From: an uncultured Alphaproteobacteria bacterium
GTDB lineage: Bacteria > Pseudomonadota > Alphaproteobacteria > JAJFIK01
Reading direction: 5' to 3'
NCBI GenBank assembly: GCA_964449455.1
Contig: CAYUYV010000015.1
Span: 3,344 to 51,019 of the forward strand
Length of the DNA stretch: 47,676 nucleotides
Shown: positions 36,173 through 45,359 of the stretch, in pieces
How the letters are laid out: every line of letters starts with the position of its first letter
Numbering within the stretch: position 1 is the stretch's first letter
Program-made: the position numbers and the translations under genes
Notes under the pieces: model-generated
Database searches by the model: none
What the model was told of the DNA's origin: nothing
Seen by the model: only the letters and a program-made list of their open reading frames with translations

Positions 36173-36321
36173 CGGGCCACGCGCCTGGAATTCGGCGAGG
36201 CTCACCCGCTTAAGGAGTCTGAGCGTGGCCCCGCCTCATCTATGCTGTAGTGAATCTGCGCGACGCCGAGGGGCGGCGGGCTGCTCGTAAAGACCTTGTG
36301 AGACTGAGAGAACGGAAGTTT

Positions 36322-37518
36322 ATGGCCCAGAACATGACACTTGCATCGCCGGTTGCCCTGCGCACTGCCGATCGTGCCGACACCGCCGCCGACGCGGTCA
36401 ACGCAGCTCAGGCGATGCCTTCGGCCCAGCCCGCGGCCGATGTCCGCATCACCGGTCTCGGCACCGCCGTGCCGCCCCATGTGCTTGAGCAGGACGTCGT
36501 CGAAGTGATCGCCGGCCGGATCCTCGGCCCCCGCTTTCCGGATTTCCAGCGCCTCGCCCGCACCTTCACCTCCTCCGGTGTGAAGACCCGGTATTCCGTG
36601 TGCCCCCTGGAGTGGTTCCAGTCATCCCAGGACTGGCCCGAGCGGACGGCCCGTTATCTGGAAGGCGCAACAGCCCTGTTCGTGGAGTCCGCCAACAAGG
36701 CCCTGGCGGAAGCCGGACTTCAGGCCGCGGATGTGGACGCCGTGGTGACCGTGTCCTCAACGGGCATTGCCACCCCAACCCTGGAGGCGCGAGCCTTCGG
36801 CATCATGGGCTTTCGCCACGATATTCTCAGGGTTCCAGTGTTTGGGCTTGGCTGTGCAGGCGGGGTGAGCGGCCTTGCCATCGCCCAGCGTCTGGCGGCT
36901 GCGACGCCGGATTCCACGGTGCTCCTTGTCTGTGTGGAAACCTGCACATTGGCCTTCCGGGACGACCAGCTTCGCAAGGCTGACATCATCGCAACCGTGC
37001 TGTTCGGTGATGGAGCGGCGGCGGCTGTTCTGTCGAACCGCTCATCCCATCCGCAAGCGATGAATGGTGAGGGCTCCACCGCTCGGGGGCCACGCCTTGG
37101 TGCCGGTGTCCAGCATATCTGGACTGACAGTCTCAACATCATGGGCTGGGACGTGGACCCGACTGGCTTTGGCGTGATTTTCGATCGCTCCATTCCGCCC
37201 TTTGTGACGTCCGAATTCGCTGGGGCCGTGGACTTCTGCCTGGAGCGTATGGAGCTGACCCGGGACGACATCACCCGCTATGTCTGCCATCCGGGCGGCA
37301 TCAAGGTGCTTGAATCCATTGAGGAGACGATGGGTCTTGAAAGCGGATCCCTGGATCACGAGCGCGATGTCATTCGCGATTTCGGTAATATGTCCGCGCC
37401 CACCGTGTTGTTCGTGTTGGACCGCTTCCGGCAGACCGGTCCGACGGGGCGGGTGCTGCTGACGGGTCTTGGTCCAGGGTTCACCGCATCCATGATCCCC
37501 CTGTCATTTGACGTCTGA
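36322..37518 (+). CDS. Type III polyketide synthase (chalcone synthase superfamily)
   Basis: Catalytic triad contexts are visible: GLGCAGG (Cys), YVCHPGG (His) and FGNMSAPT (Asn). FGDGAAA loop. Start trimmed to ATG 36322. Confidence 0.9.
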   Translation: MAQNMTLASPVALRTADRADTAADAVNAAQAMPSAQPAADVRITGLGTAVPPHVLEQDVVEVIAGRILGPRFPDFQRLARTFTSSGVKTRYSVCPLEWFQSSQDWPERTARYLEGATALFVESANKALAEAGLQAADVDAVVTVSSTGIATPTLEARAFGIMGFRHDILRVPVFGLGCAGGVSGLAIAQRLAAATPDSTVLLVCVETCTLAFRDDQLRKADIIATVLFGDGAAAAVLSNRSSHPQAMNGEGSTARGPRLGAGVQHIWTDSLNIMGWDVDPTGFGVIFDRSIPPFVTSEFAGAVDFCLERMELTRDDITRYVCHPGGIKVLESIEETMGLESGSLDHERDVIRDFGNMSAPTVLFVLDRFRQTGPTGRVLLTGLGPGFTASMIPLSFDV

Positions 37519-37559
37519 CCATTTGGGGCGACATCTGATTATTTCTGGAGGGCAGCATC

Positions 37560-38081
37560 ATGCTGGAAAGCGTGTTTCAGGGGCCGGCTGGATGGGGGTT
37601 TGTCCTTTTGTCCGTCGTGACGGCCCAGCGGCTCGTTGAGCTGCGCATTGCTAAACACAACACCCAGCGTCTGCTTGACCGGGGTGCGCGGGAGATCGGC
37701 GCGGATCATTATCCGCTGATGGTGGGGTTCCATGCCACCTGGTTGATCCTGATGTGGATTTTCGGCTGGAACCAGGGCCTGGTGGCGTTCTGGGTGGGTG
37801 TCTACATCCTGCTCCAGGCTTTCCGCATCTGGATCCTGGCGAGTCTCGGGCCCCGCTGGACGACGCGGATCATTATCATTGATGAGCCCCTTGTGGCGCG
37901 TGGCCCCTATAAGTTCATCAGGCACCCCAATTACTGGCTGGTGGTTGCTGAGATTGCCACGGTACCGCTCGCCCTGGGTCTGACGTGGCTCGCAGTCGCC
38001 GTGTCCGTTCTCCATGCCGGCGTGCTCTTCATCCGCATCCGTGCCGAGAATGCCGGTCTGAAGCAGATTGCCCATTTGTGA
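37560..38081 (+). CDS. Isoprenylcysteine carboxyl methyltransferase (ICMT) family membrane methyltransferase
   Basis: 173 aa, multi-TM. RGPYKFIRHPNYW motif. GGAGGG SD 7 nt upstream. Confidence 0.85.
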   Translation: MLESVFQGPAGWGFVLLSVVTAQRLVELRIAKHNTQRLLDRGAREIGADHYPLMVGFHATWLILMWIFGWNQGLVAFWVGVYILLQAFRIWILASLGPRWTTRIIIIDEPLVARGPYKFIRHPNYWLVVAEIATVPLALGLTWLAVAVSVLHAGVLFIRIRAENAGLKQIAHL

Positions 38082-39008
38082 TCATTCGGCATCTTCCCTT
38101 GGCGCGGCCGGTGTTCCGCTCCGGGCCAAGGCAATCCCTCCAAGGATGAAGATGAGCGCTGGCAATGCCTCTAACCCCGGATTTTCTCCCAAGAGAAAAA
38201 TGCCAAGGCCCGCCGCCCAAAGCGGGATCAGATAATTAATCTGTGCGGTGAAGGTGGGCCCCGCGGTATCGATCAGGCGCAGCAGCGCCAAGGTGGCAAA
38301 TGCGCTGCAAAAGATGCCAAGGGTTACGGCGGCAGCCAGGGATGCACTGCTTGGGCGCAACGCTCCGGGATCTTCCAGGATGAAAGCCAGTGGCACGACA
38401 ATGAGGCATGCCGCGATGTGAATTGCGGTTGCCGCCGTGAGGGCCGTTATGGGGGGGCGGTGCCGGGTCAAGACCGCGTTAAGGGCATAAAAACAGGCGC
38501 CGGACAGGATGGCCAGTTGGGCCACAATGCCCGCGCTCTTACCAAGCCCCTCGGAGCCTTGGGCGAACAGGTCCGGTGCGAAAAGGATCACCAGCCCCGC
38601 AAAGCCCAGGACAAAGCCGCCAAGACGCCGGAGCGTGATTATCTCTCCAGGGACAAATAACGCGGCAAGACCCATGGTGGTCAGCGGCATAACCGCCATC
38701 AGGATACCGGCGAGGCTGGAGGGCACCGTTTGCTGGCCCCAACTGATCAGGATGAAGGGCGCCACATTGCCGGTGATTCCAAGAACGGTCAGCATGGCCC
38801 AGACCCGCAGCTGTCTTAGCTTTGGCAGGGCCTGTCCGAGCGCCAGGGAGGCGGCAAGCAGGACCGCTGTGGCCGTCACGATACGGACGGCGACGGTGGA
38901 TATGGGCGTGATGGTCTCGACGGCAATCGAGATCAGCATGAATGCGGAGCCGTAGAGTATGACCAGGATGGCAAGCAGGCTCCAGGGGCCCTGAAAAATC
39001 GCGCTCAC
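38082..39008 (-). CDS. DMT superfamily (EamA-like) transporter
   Basis: 308 aa, 10 predicted TM helices in two EamA-like halves. The GTG start overlaps the upstream TGA by 4 nt (GTGA). Confidence 0.85.
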   Translation of the reverse strand: MSAIFQGPWSLLAILVILYGSAFMLISIAVETITPISTVAVRIVTATAVLLAASLALGQALPKLRQLRVWAMLTVLGITGNVAPFILISWGQQTVPSSLAGILMAVMPLTTMGLAALFVPGEIITLRRLGGFVLGFAGLVILFAPDLFAQGSEGLGKSAGIVAQLAILSGACFYALNAVLTRHRPPITALTAATAIHIAACLIVVPLAFILEDPGALRPSSASLAAAVTLGIFCSAFATLALLRLIDTAGPTFTAQINYLIPLWAAGLGIFLLGENPGLEALPALIFILGGIALARSGTPAAPREDAE

Positions 39009-40153
39009 ATCAGCTCCTTCAGGGCGTCAAACAGCATATCGATATCATAGTCATCGTTATAGAGATGGGGCGTGATGCGCAGCGAGTCTGCCCGTGCACT
39101 GACATAGATGTTGCGTTGTTTCAGTTCGGCAAGCAGGCCTTCGGGCATACCGCTTGGAAAACGCACACCGATGAAATGGGGGGCTCGTTCGCCTTCAGGC
39201 GGTGTCGCGAGGCCGAGCGCGCGGGCATGGTCTGCGATATGGCGTGTGAGTTGTCCGAGGGTGGCGGCGATGCGCGGAATTTCCCATGCGGTGATCTGTT
39301 CGAGCGCCGCGCAGGCCATCGGCATTAAATGGAGCTGGGGCCGCGCACCCATGTCAAATCGGCGGGCGCCCAGGTCCCAGTCTTCCACATAGTCCGTAAG
39401 GCGCGCAAAATCCTCCGCATTCCGACGGCCAATCCAGGTCTGTTCCAAAGGAATCCCGTTCTGGTGTCGCGGCGCCACATAAAGAAAACCGAGACTGTAG
39501 GGCCCGAGCAGCCATTTGTAACAGGGGGAAACGATAAAATCCGCCCCCACCGTACGCACATCAATGGGCAGAGCGCCGAGGGATTGGGACAGATCCAGCA
39601 CAAGAGCCGCTCCGACCGCACGGCATCGGGCCGAAATGCCTTCAAGGTCAAACAATGCCCCATCGGTCCAGTGGCAATGGGGCAGGGCCACAACAGCGGT
39701 CGTCTCGTTGATTTCGGACCAAACAGCCTCGCTCCAGGTGGCCCATTGGGAGTCCGGTCGTGCCACGGTGATAATCCGTGCACCCTTGTTTTGCGCCAGT
39801 TGCCGCCAGGCAAAGACATTTGATGGGAACTGATCTTCAACGATGACAATGGACTGGCCTTGCTCGATCGCAACATTGGCCGCCGCCGTCGCGATGCCGT
39901 AGCTTGCGGATGGGACGATGGCGATGTCATCTGCCTTGGCGCCAATGAGCGGGGCGAAGAGGTCCCGAGCCCGGTCCGCGCCGGAGAAGAAATCTCGGGG
40001 CTCAATCTGCCAGGGGGTGGATTTCCTCCGTACACCCTCTTCGCCGGCTTGCGTGACTGTGCGCAAGGACGGGGACATATAGGCACAATTCAGATAGATG
40101 ATCTCCGGCGGCAGATCGAACAACGGGCGTTGGCAGGCAAGCGGGGCAGTCAT
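39005..40153 (-). CDS. Class V aminotransferase-fold PLP enzyme (cysteine desulfurase/isopenicillin-N-epimerase-like)
   Basis: 382 aa. IYLNCAYMSP N-terminus and SPCYKWLLGPY PLP-lysine context. Start trimmed to ATG 40153. The ORF track extends 128 codons further, through a tandem repeat. Confidence 0.85.
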   Translation of the reverse strand: MTAPLACQRPLFDLPPEIIYLNCAYMSPSLRTVTQAGEEGVRRKSTPWQIEPRDFFSGADRARDLFAPLIGAKADDIAIVPSASYGIATAAANVAIEQGQSIVIVEDQFPSNVFAWRQLAQNKGARIITVARPDSQWATWSEAVWSEINETTAVVALPHCHWTDGALFDLEGISARCRAVGAALVLDLSQSLGALPIDVRTVGADFIVSPCYKWLLGPYSLGFLYVAPRHQNGIPLEQTWIGRRNAEDFARLTDYVEDWDLGARRFDMGARPQLHLMPMACAALEQITAWEIPRIAATLGQLTRHIADHARALGLATPPEGERAPHFIGVRFPSGMPEGLLAELKQRNIYVSARADSLRITPHLYNDDYDIDMLFDALKELM

Positions 40154-40168
40154 CAGGCATATCCGATC

Positions 40169-40244
40169 AAAAAGACTGGGTCCGACCAAAAAGACTGGGT
40201 CTGGCCAAAAAGACTGGGTCTGGCCAAAAAGAGTGAGTCCGATC
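40169..40244. repeat. 4 x 19-bp tandem repeat AAAAAGACTGGGTCYGRCC
   Basis: Copies at 40169-40187, 40188-40206, 40207-40225 and 40226-40244. The two middle copies are identical and the outer ones diverge, with decayed partial copies flanking. Lies 16-91 bp upstream of the aminotransferase start. Confidence 0.95.
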
Positions 40245-40501
40245 AAAAGATCGGGGTGCCGCACGGCATGGCGGTCCGCAGAGGCAATGTGCACCGCTTC
40301 TTCACGCCGCTGACGGCCTTCGAATGCAGTTCCAGACCTCAAGAATAGGTCATGGACCCGGCCACGCAAACGGGTCCCGATTTGATGCGCTTTTGCCAAC
40401 AGGCCCATCAGGGTTAGCGGCTCCTTAAGGCGATCTCCCACACGCTGATGCAAATATTTCTGGTGGGTTTCGATGCGGCGCAGCTTGACGGCGCAGGGGG
40501 A

Positions 40502-40547
40502 CTGCACGTATATCATCCGTGGGCCACGCTCCCCCAACGGAGTGCAG
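40502..40547 (+). ncRNA. Nested hairpin in the serC 5' leader (candidate alphaproteobacterial serC leader motif)
   Basis: The outer stem pairs CTGCAC (40502-07) with GTGCAG (40542-47). The inner stem pairs TCCGTGGG (40516-23) with CCCaACGGA (40533-41). GGAAGG SD follows, then ATG 40570. Confidence 0.4.
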
Positions 40548-40569
40548 CTATTCTGGAAGGAATAGACTT

Positions 40570-41754
40570 ATGGAAAGTCAGACGACCCCGGCAAAGCCGG
40601 TAATGCGTCCTGCGCGGGCGCAGTTCTCCTCCGGTCCTTGCGCCAAGCGCCCCGGTTGGACCCCTCAAGACCTCGCCGACGCGGCACTCGGCCGCTCCCA
40701 CCGCTCAAAAATTGGTAAGGCGAAGCTCGCCGAGGCGATCACGCTCACCCGCGAAATACTCCAGGTTCCCGATGACTACCGGATTGGCATTGTGCCAGCG
40801 TCGGACACGGGGGCTGTGGAAATGGCCATGTGGTCCCTGCTCGGGGCACGCGGCGTTGATGTGGTTGCGTGGGAATCATTCGGAGCTGGATGGGTTACCG
40901 ATGCGGTCAAACAGCTGAAGCTTGACGACTGCCGCGTCATTGAAGCCGACTACGGACAAATCCCTGATCTTGCCGGCATCGACACGGATCGCGATGTGGT
41001 CTTCACCTGGAACGGCACGACGTCCGGTGTGCGCGTTCCGAATGCGCACTGGATCAAGGCGGATCGGGCGGGGTTGACCATTTGCGATGCCACCTCGGCG
41101 GCTTTCGCCCAGGATCTCGACTGGCCAAAGCTCGATGTGGTCACCTATTCCTGGCAGAAAGTGCTCGGCGGAGAGGCGGCCCACGGGGTGCTGATCCTCT
41201 CACCGCGGGCCGTGGAGCGCTTGGAGACCTACAAGCCCGACTGGCCGCTGCCGAAAATCTTCCGTCTGACCAAGGGCGGCAAGCTGATCGAAGGTATTTT
41301 CAAGGGTGAAACCATCAACACGCCTTCGCTTCTGTGTGTTGAGGATTATCTCGATGCCCTGCGCTGGTCGCAGAGCGTTGGCGGCCTTGCAGGATTGCGG
41401 GCGCGCGCCGATGGCAATCTCGCCGTCATGGAACAGTTTGTGGGGACCCGGGATTGGATTGATTTCCTGGCGGAGGATCCGGCGACCCGCTCCAATACCT
41501 CTGTCTGTCTCAAGATTGTCGATCCTGTATTCCTTGACCTTGATGCGGATGGCCGCAAGGCGCTCGTGAAGCGCCTCAGCGAGCTCCTGGAGGCCGAGGA
41601 GGTCGCGTTCGACATCGAAGGCTATCGCGATGCTCCGGCGGGCCTGCGCATCTGGTGCGGGGCAACGGTGGAGGCGTCTGATCTTGAGGCGCTTTTACCT
41701 TGGCTCGACTGGGCCTATGCCACGGCGCGTGAAGAACAGCGCGCCGCCGCCTGA
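40570..41754 (+). CDS. serC: Phosphoserine aminotransferase (long alphaproteobacterial/actinobacterial type)
   Basis: [17 protein letters not shown]-terminus and [14 protein letters not shown]-Lys context. Start trimmed to ATG 40570. Confidence 0.9.
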   Translation: MESQTTPAKPVMRPARAQFSSGPCAKRPGWTPQDLADAALGRSHRSKIGKAKLAEAITLTREILQVPDDYRIGIVPASDTGAVEMAMWSLLGARGVDVVAWESFGAGWVTDAVKQLKLDDCRVIEADYGQIPDLAGIDTDRDVVFTWNGTTSGVRVPNAHWIKADRAGLTICDATSAAFAQDLDWPKLDVVTYSWQKVLGGEAAHGVLILSPRAVERLETYKPDWPLPKIFRLTKGGKLIEGIFKGETINTPSLLCVEDYLDALRWSQSVGGLAGLRARADGNLAVMEQFVGTRDWIDFLAEDPATRSNTSVCLKIVDPVFLDLDADGRKALVKRLSELLEAEEVAFDIEGYRDAPAGLRIWCGATVEASDLEALLPWLDWAYATAREEQRAAA

Positions 41755-41825
41755 TCATCCGTTCTGATCCGAATTCTCTCATGCAGCGGTCGCCTGAAAA
41801 GGCGGCCTTCAGGGACCCTATCGCC

Positions 41826-43403
41826 ATGCCTAAAGTGCTTATTTCCGACAAGCTCAGCGAAGCCGCCGTGGAGATTTTTCGCAGCCGTGGACTTGAGGTG
41901 GACTTCAAACCTGGTCTGCCCAAGGAAGATTTGCTTCAGATCATCGGCCAGTATGATGGCCTTGCGGTGCGCTCCAATACCAAGGCAACGCCGGACGTGA
42001 TCGGCGAAGCCAAGAACCTGAAAGTGATCGGCCGGGCCGGCATCGGCGTTGACAATATCGACCTGCCCGCCGCCACGGCTGCCGGCATCGTGGTCATGAA
42101 CACACCTTTCGGCAATTCTGTCACGACGGCGGAACATGCCATTGCCATGATGCTCTCCCTGGCGCGCCAGATTCCGCAGGCGAATGAATCCACCCATGCC
42201 GGCAAATGGGAAAAGTCCCGCTTCATGGGCACTGAGCTGACCGGCAAGACTCTCGGCGTGCTCGGCTGCGGCAATATCGGCAGCATTGTCGCAAATCGCG
42301 CCCAGGGCCTCAAAATGCGGGTCATCGCCTATGATCCGTTCTTGTCGGAGGACCGGGCCCGGGAAATGGGTGTTGAAAAGGTCAATCTCGATACGCTTCT
42401 TCAGCGTGCGGATATCGTGACCATTCACGTTCCTTTGACCGATGAAACCCGCAATATCGTCAGTGCCGAGGCCATTGCGAAAATGCGCCCTGGCGCCCGC
42501 CTGGTAAACTGTGCGCGGGGTGGTCTTGTCGATGAGGATGCCCTCAAGGAAGCCCTTGACAGCGGCCATCTTGCAGGCGCGGCCCTCGACGTCTTCGCCG
42601 AAGAGCCAGCCAAAGAACACCCCCTGTTCGGCCACGAGAAACTGATCGCGACACCACATCTGGGCGCGTCCACCATGGAGGCTCAGGAAAAGGTGGCCCT
42701 TCAGGTGGCGGAGCAGATGTCGGATTATCTGCTGACCGGAGCCGTGACCAATGCGATCAATATGCCGTCGATTTCGGCCGAGGAAGCGCCGATCCTGAAG
42801 CCGTTTGTGACGTTGACCCAGCAGCTTGGCCTTTTTGTTGGTCAGCTCTGCGAGTCACCGATCCGGGGTGTGCAGATTGAGTATGAAGGCGATGTGGCGG
42901 CCATGAATGTCAAGGCGCTGACGGCCGCCGGTCTTGTCGGCGTGCTCCGCCCGCTCCTGTCCGACATCAATATGGTCTCGGCGCCGGTTATCGCGAAGGA
43001 GCGGGGGCTGAAACTGTCGGAGGTTCTGCGCGAGCAGCGCGGGGTCTATGAGACCTATGTCCGCATTCAGGTGGAAACGGAAACGGGCAACAACAGTGTG
43101 GCCGGAACGATTTTCTCCACGGGTCAGCACCGGGTGATTCAGGTTCAGGGCGTGGCTATCGAGGCGGGCCTCGGGCGCCACATGCTGCTCACGACGAATG
43201 AGGACAAGCCCGGTTTCATCGGCTCTCTGGGCGTTGCGTTGGGTGATGCCGGCGTCAATATTGGTGGCTTTAATCTTGGTCGCCAGGCGCCTGGAGGCGA
43301 TGCGCTGGCCCTGGTCGAGGTGGATCAGCCCGTCGGCACGGAGGTTCTGGATAGCCTTCGCAAGTTGCCGCTGGTACGCAGTGCACGTGCATTGACGTTT
43401 TGA
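41826..43403 (+). CDS. serA: D-3-phosphoglycerate dehydrogenase (long form with ASB and ACT domains)
   Basis: MPKVLISDKL..., GCGNIGS NAD motif and RGGLVDE. C-terminal ACT region. Directly follows serC. Confidence 0.95.
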   Translation: MPKVLISDKLSEAAVEIFRSRGLEVDFKPGLPKEDLLQIIGQYDGLAVRSNTKATPDVIGEAKNLKVIGRAGIGVDNIDLPAATAAGIVVMNTPFGNSVTTAEHAIAMMLSLARQIPQANESTHAGKWEKSRFMGTELTGKTLGVLGCGNIGSIVANRAQGLKMRVIAYDPFLSEDRAREMGVEKVNLDTLLQRADIVTIHVPLTDETRNIVSAEAIAKMRPGARLVNCARGGLVDEDALKEALDSGHLAGAALDVFAEEPAKEHPLFGHEKLIATPHLGASTMEAQEKVALQVAEQMSDYLLTGAVTNAINMPSISAEEAPILKPFVTLTQQLGLFVGQLCESPIRGVQIEYEGDVAAMNVKALTAAGLVGVLRPLLSDINMVSAPVIAKERGLKLSEVLREQRGVYETYVRIQVETETGNNSVAGTIFSTGQHRVIQVQGVAIEAGLGRHMLLTTNEDKPGFIGSLGVALGDAGVNIGGFNLGRQAPGGDALALVEVDQPVGTEVLDSLRKLPLVRSARALTF

Positions 43404-43436
43404 TCCCAGTCGGATCAAATTGCCTTTCGGGTTCGC

Positions 43437-43464
43437 AGGGGGCGGTTCGGTGGGGACCGCCCCT
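43437..43464 (+). terminator. GC-rich hairpin after serA
   Basis: AGGGGGCGGT, a 9-nt loop, then ACCGCCCCT, followed by a T-containing tail (cacgcgtttgttctcc). Lies 34 bp after the serA stop. Confidence 0.4.
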
Positions 43465-43523
43465 CACGCGTTTGTTCTCCGCCATGCCGGGGCCGGTGTG
43501 GGTTCCGGACAAAAGGATCGACC

Positions 43524-44816
43524 ATGTCCAATGTGGCCGTCGTGGGCGCCCAATGGGGCGATGAAGGCAAAGGCAAAATCGTTGACTGGCTCTCGGAACG
43601 GGCTGATGTGGTGGTCCGTTTCCAGGGCGGGCACAATGCCGGGCACACCCTTGTCATCGGTGACCAGACCTACAAGCTGAACCTTCTGCCCTCGGGGATC
43701 GTGCGCTCTGGCAAGCTCTCCGTTATCGGCAATGGAGTTGTGATCAACCCGTGGGCCTTTGCTGAGGAAGTGGAGCGCCTGCAGGTCATGGGTGTTGCGG
43801 TGGGCCCGGATAATCTGGTGCTTGCTGAGAATGCGGTTCTGATCCTGCCCGTCCACTGGGAAATGGATCAGCTGCGCGAATCCGGCAATACAACAGTTCG
43901 TATCGGGACGACCCAGCGGGGAATCGGCCCGGCTTATGAGGACAAGGTGGGCCGGCGGGCCTTGCGCGTCGTGGATCTTGCCGATGAGGCGACCATACGT
44001 GAGCGGGTGGAAGGCCTGCTTGTTTATCACAACGCCTTGCGCCGCGGCATGGGCCGGGATGAGGTGGATGCGGAGGGGTTGATCCAGTCCCTGCTTGAGG
44101 TCGCTCCGCGCATTCTGCCCTATACGGATTGTGTCTGGCGCCGCCTGGAGCTCTCCTCCCGGGTCGGGCGGCGGATCCTGTTTGAGGGCGCGCAAGGGAT
44201 CATGCTGGATGTGGATCACGGCACCTATCCCTTCGTCACATCCTCAAACACCGTGGCCGGTCAGGCGGCGACGGGCAGCGGGATGGGGCCGGGAAGCATT
44301 GATTATGTCCTGGGCATCACCAAGGCTTACACCACCCGGGTGGGGGAGGGGCCTTTTCCAACCGAATTGACCGATGAGACCGGACGGTTGCTGGGCGAGC
44401 GGGGCCATGAGTTCGGCACCGTGACGGGACGCTCGCGCCGCTGTGGCTGGTTTGATGCGGTTTTGGTGCGCCAGGCCATCCGCACCGGTGGTATCGACGG
44501 CATCGCCCTGACCAAGCTTGACGTGCTTGATGGCTTTGAGACCATCAAGGTGTGTACGAAGTATCGCCTCGACGGGGAGATCATCGACTTCTTCCCGTCC
44601 GGACAAGCGGCGCAGGCCAAGGTCGAACCGGTCTATCAGACCCTGGAAGGATGGCAGGAAACAACGCGCGGGGCCCGCTCCTGGGCCGATCTGCCGGCCC
44701 AGGCGGTCAAATATGTGCGCTTCGTCGAAGAGCTGATCGAATGCCCCGTGTCTCTCCTGTCCACATCGCCGGAGCGGGAGGACACGATCCTGGTGCGCGA
44801 TCCGTTTGGACGGTGA
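43524..44816 (+). CDS. purA: Adenylosuccinate synthetase
   Basis: [17 protein letters not shown]-loop, GGHNAGHT and TKLDVLDG motifs. 430 aa. Confidence 0.95.
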   Translation: MSNVAVVGAQWGDEGKGKIVDWLSERADVVVRFQGGHNAGHTLVIGDQTYKLNLLPSGIVRSGKLSVIGNGVVINPWAFAEEVERLQVMGVAVGPDNLVLAENAVLILPVHWEMDQLRESGNTTVRIGTTQRGIGPAYEDKVGRRALRVVDLADEATIRERVEGLLVYHNALRRGMGRDEVDAEGLIQSLLEVAPRILPYTDCVWRRLELSSRVGRRILFEGAQGIMLDVDHGTYPFVTSSNTVAGQAATGSGMGPGSIDYVLGITKAYTTRVGEGPFPTELTDETGRLLGERGHEFGTVTGRSRRCGWFDAVLVRQAIRTGGIDGIALTKLDVLDGFETIKVCTKYRLDGEIIDFFPSGQAAQAKVEPVYQTLEGWQETTRGARSWADLPAQAVKYVRFVEELIECPVSLLSTSPEREDTILVRDPFGR

Positions 44817-45359
44817 TTATTGGGGCCCGCCGTCCTCGCTTTCGACATAGGTCTTGAGATTGGCAAGCCCAGCCTCATAGTCCGCGCCGATCCAGGTGTC
44901 GAACATCAGGCCGAAATAGCGGGCGAGCGGGTTCATGCCGAGATCGGTGTCGAAACCCCAGGTGATCTGTGTGCCGCCATCAACGGGGACCAGTTTGAAA
45001 AAGCCCGTTGCGGTGCCGTCGCCGCCGAAATCAAGATCCGTTTCGATGTACTCATTGGGGCGGGACTCGGTGATCTCCTGGCTGCCTGCGCCCACATCCG
45101 GGGCGTCGCTCTGCCAGGCCATGCGCGCACCGACGCCCGAGGCCGGACCGCTATAGGTATACTCGGTCTCCGGATCGCGAGCATGCCATGGCGACCAGGT
45201 GTTGAACGTCTCGTAACCATTAAGCGTGGCGAAAACGTCGGCGGGCGCCGCCTTAACCACGATGGACCGTTCCACATGGACGGTCTGGGGCAGCAGATAG
45301 GCCCCACCAGTGACGAGAAGGACGATTGCCAGAAGTCCGAGGGCAAGCTTTTTAAACAT
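44817..45359 (-). CDS. SRPBCC (polyketide cyclase/dehydrase-like) family protein with N-terminal membrane anchor/signal
   Basis: 180 aa. MFKKLALGLLAIVLLVTGGAYLL hydrophobic N-terminus, followed by a START/Bet v1-like pattern (HVERSIVVKAAPADVFATL...W.PW). Confidence 0.7.
   Translation of the reverse strand: MFKKLALGLLAIVLLVTGGAYLLPQTVHVERSIVVKAAPADVFATLNGYETFNTWSPWHARDPETEYTYSGPASGVGARMAWQSDAPDVGAGSQEITESRPNEYIETDLDFGGDGTATGFFKLVPVDGGTQITWGFDTDLGMNPLARYFGLMFDTWIGADYEAGLANLKTYVESEDGGPQ

Noticed and set aside
40154-40537. 128-codon N-terminal extension of the class V aminotransferase ORF
   Set aside because: It reads straight through the 19-bp tandem repeat array. The conserved aminotransferase N-terminus (IYLNCAYMSP) begins just after ATG 40153. 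The extension also overlaps the serC leader and promoter region.
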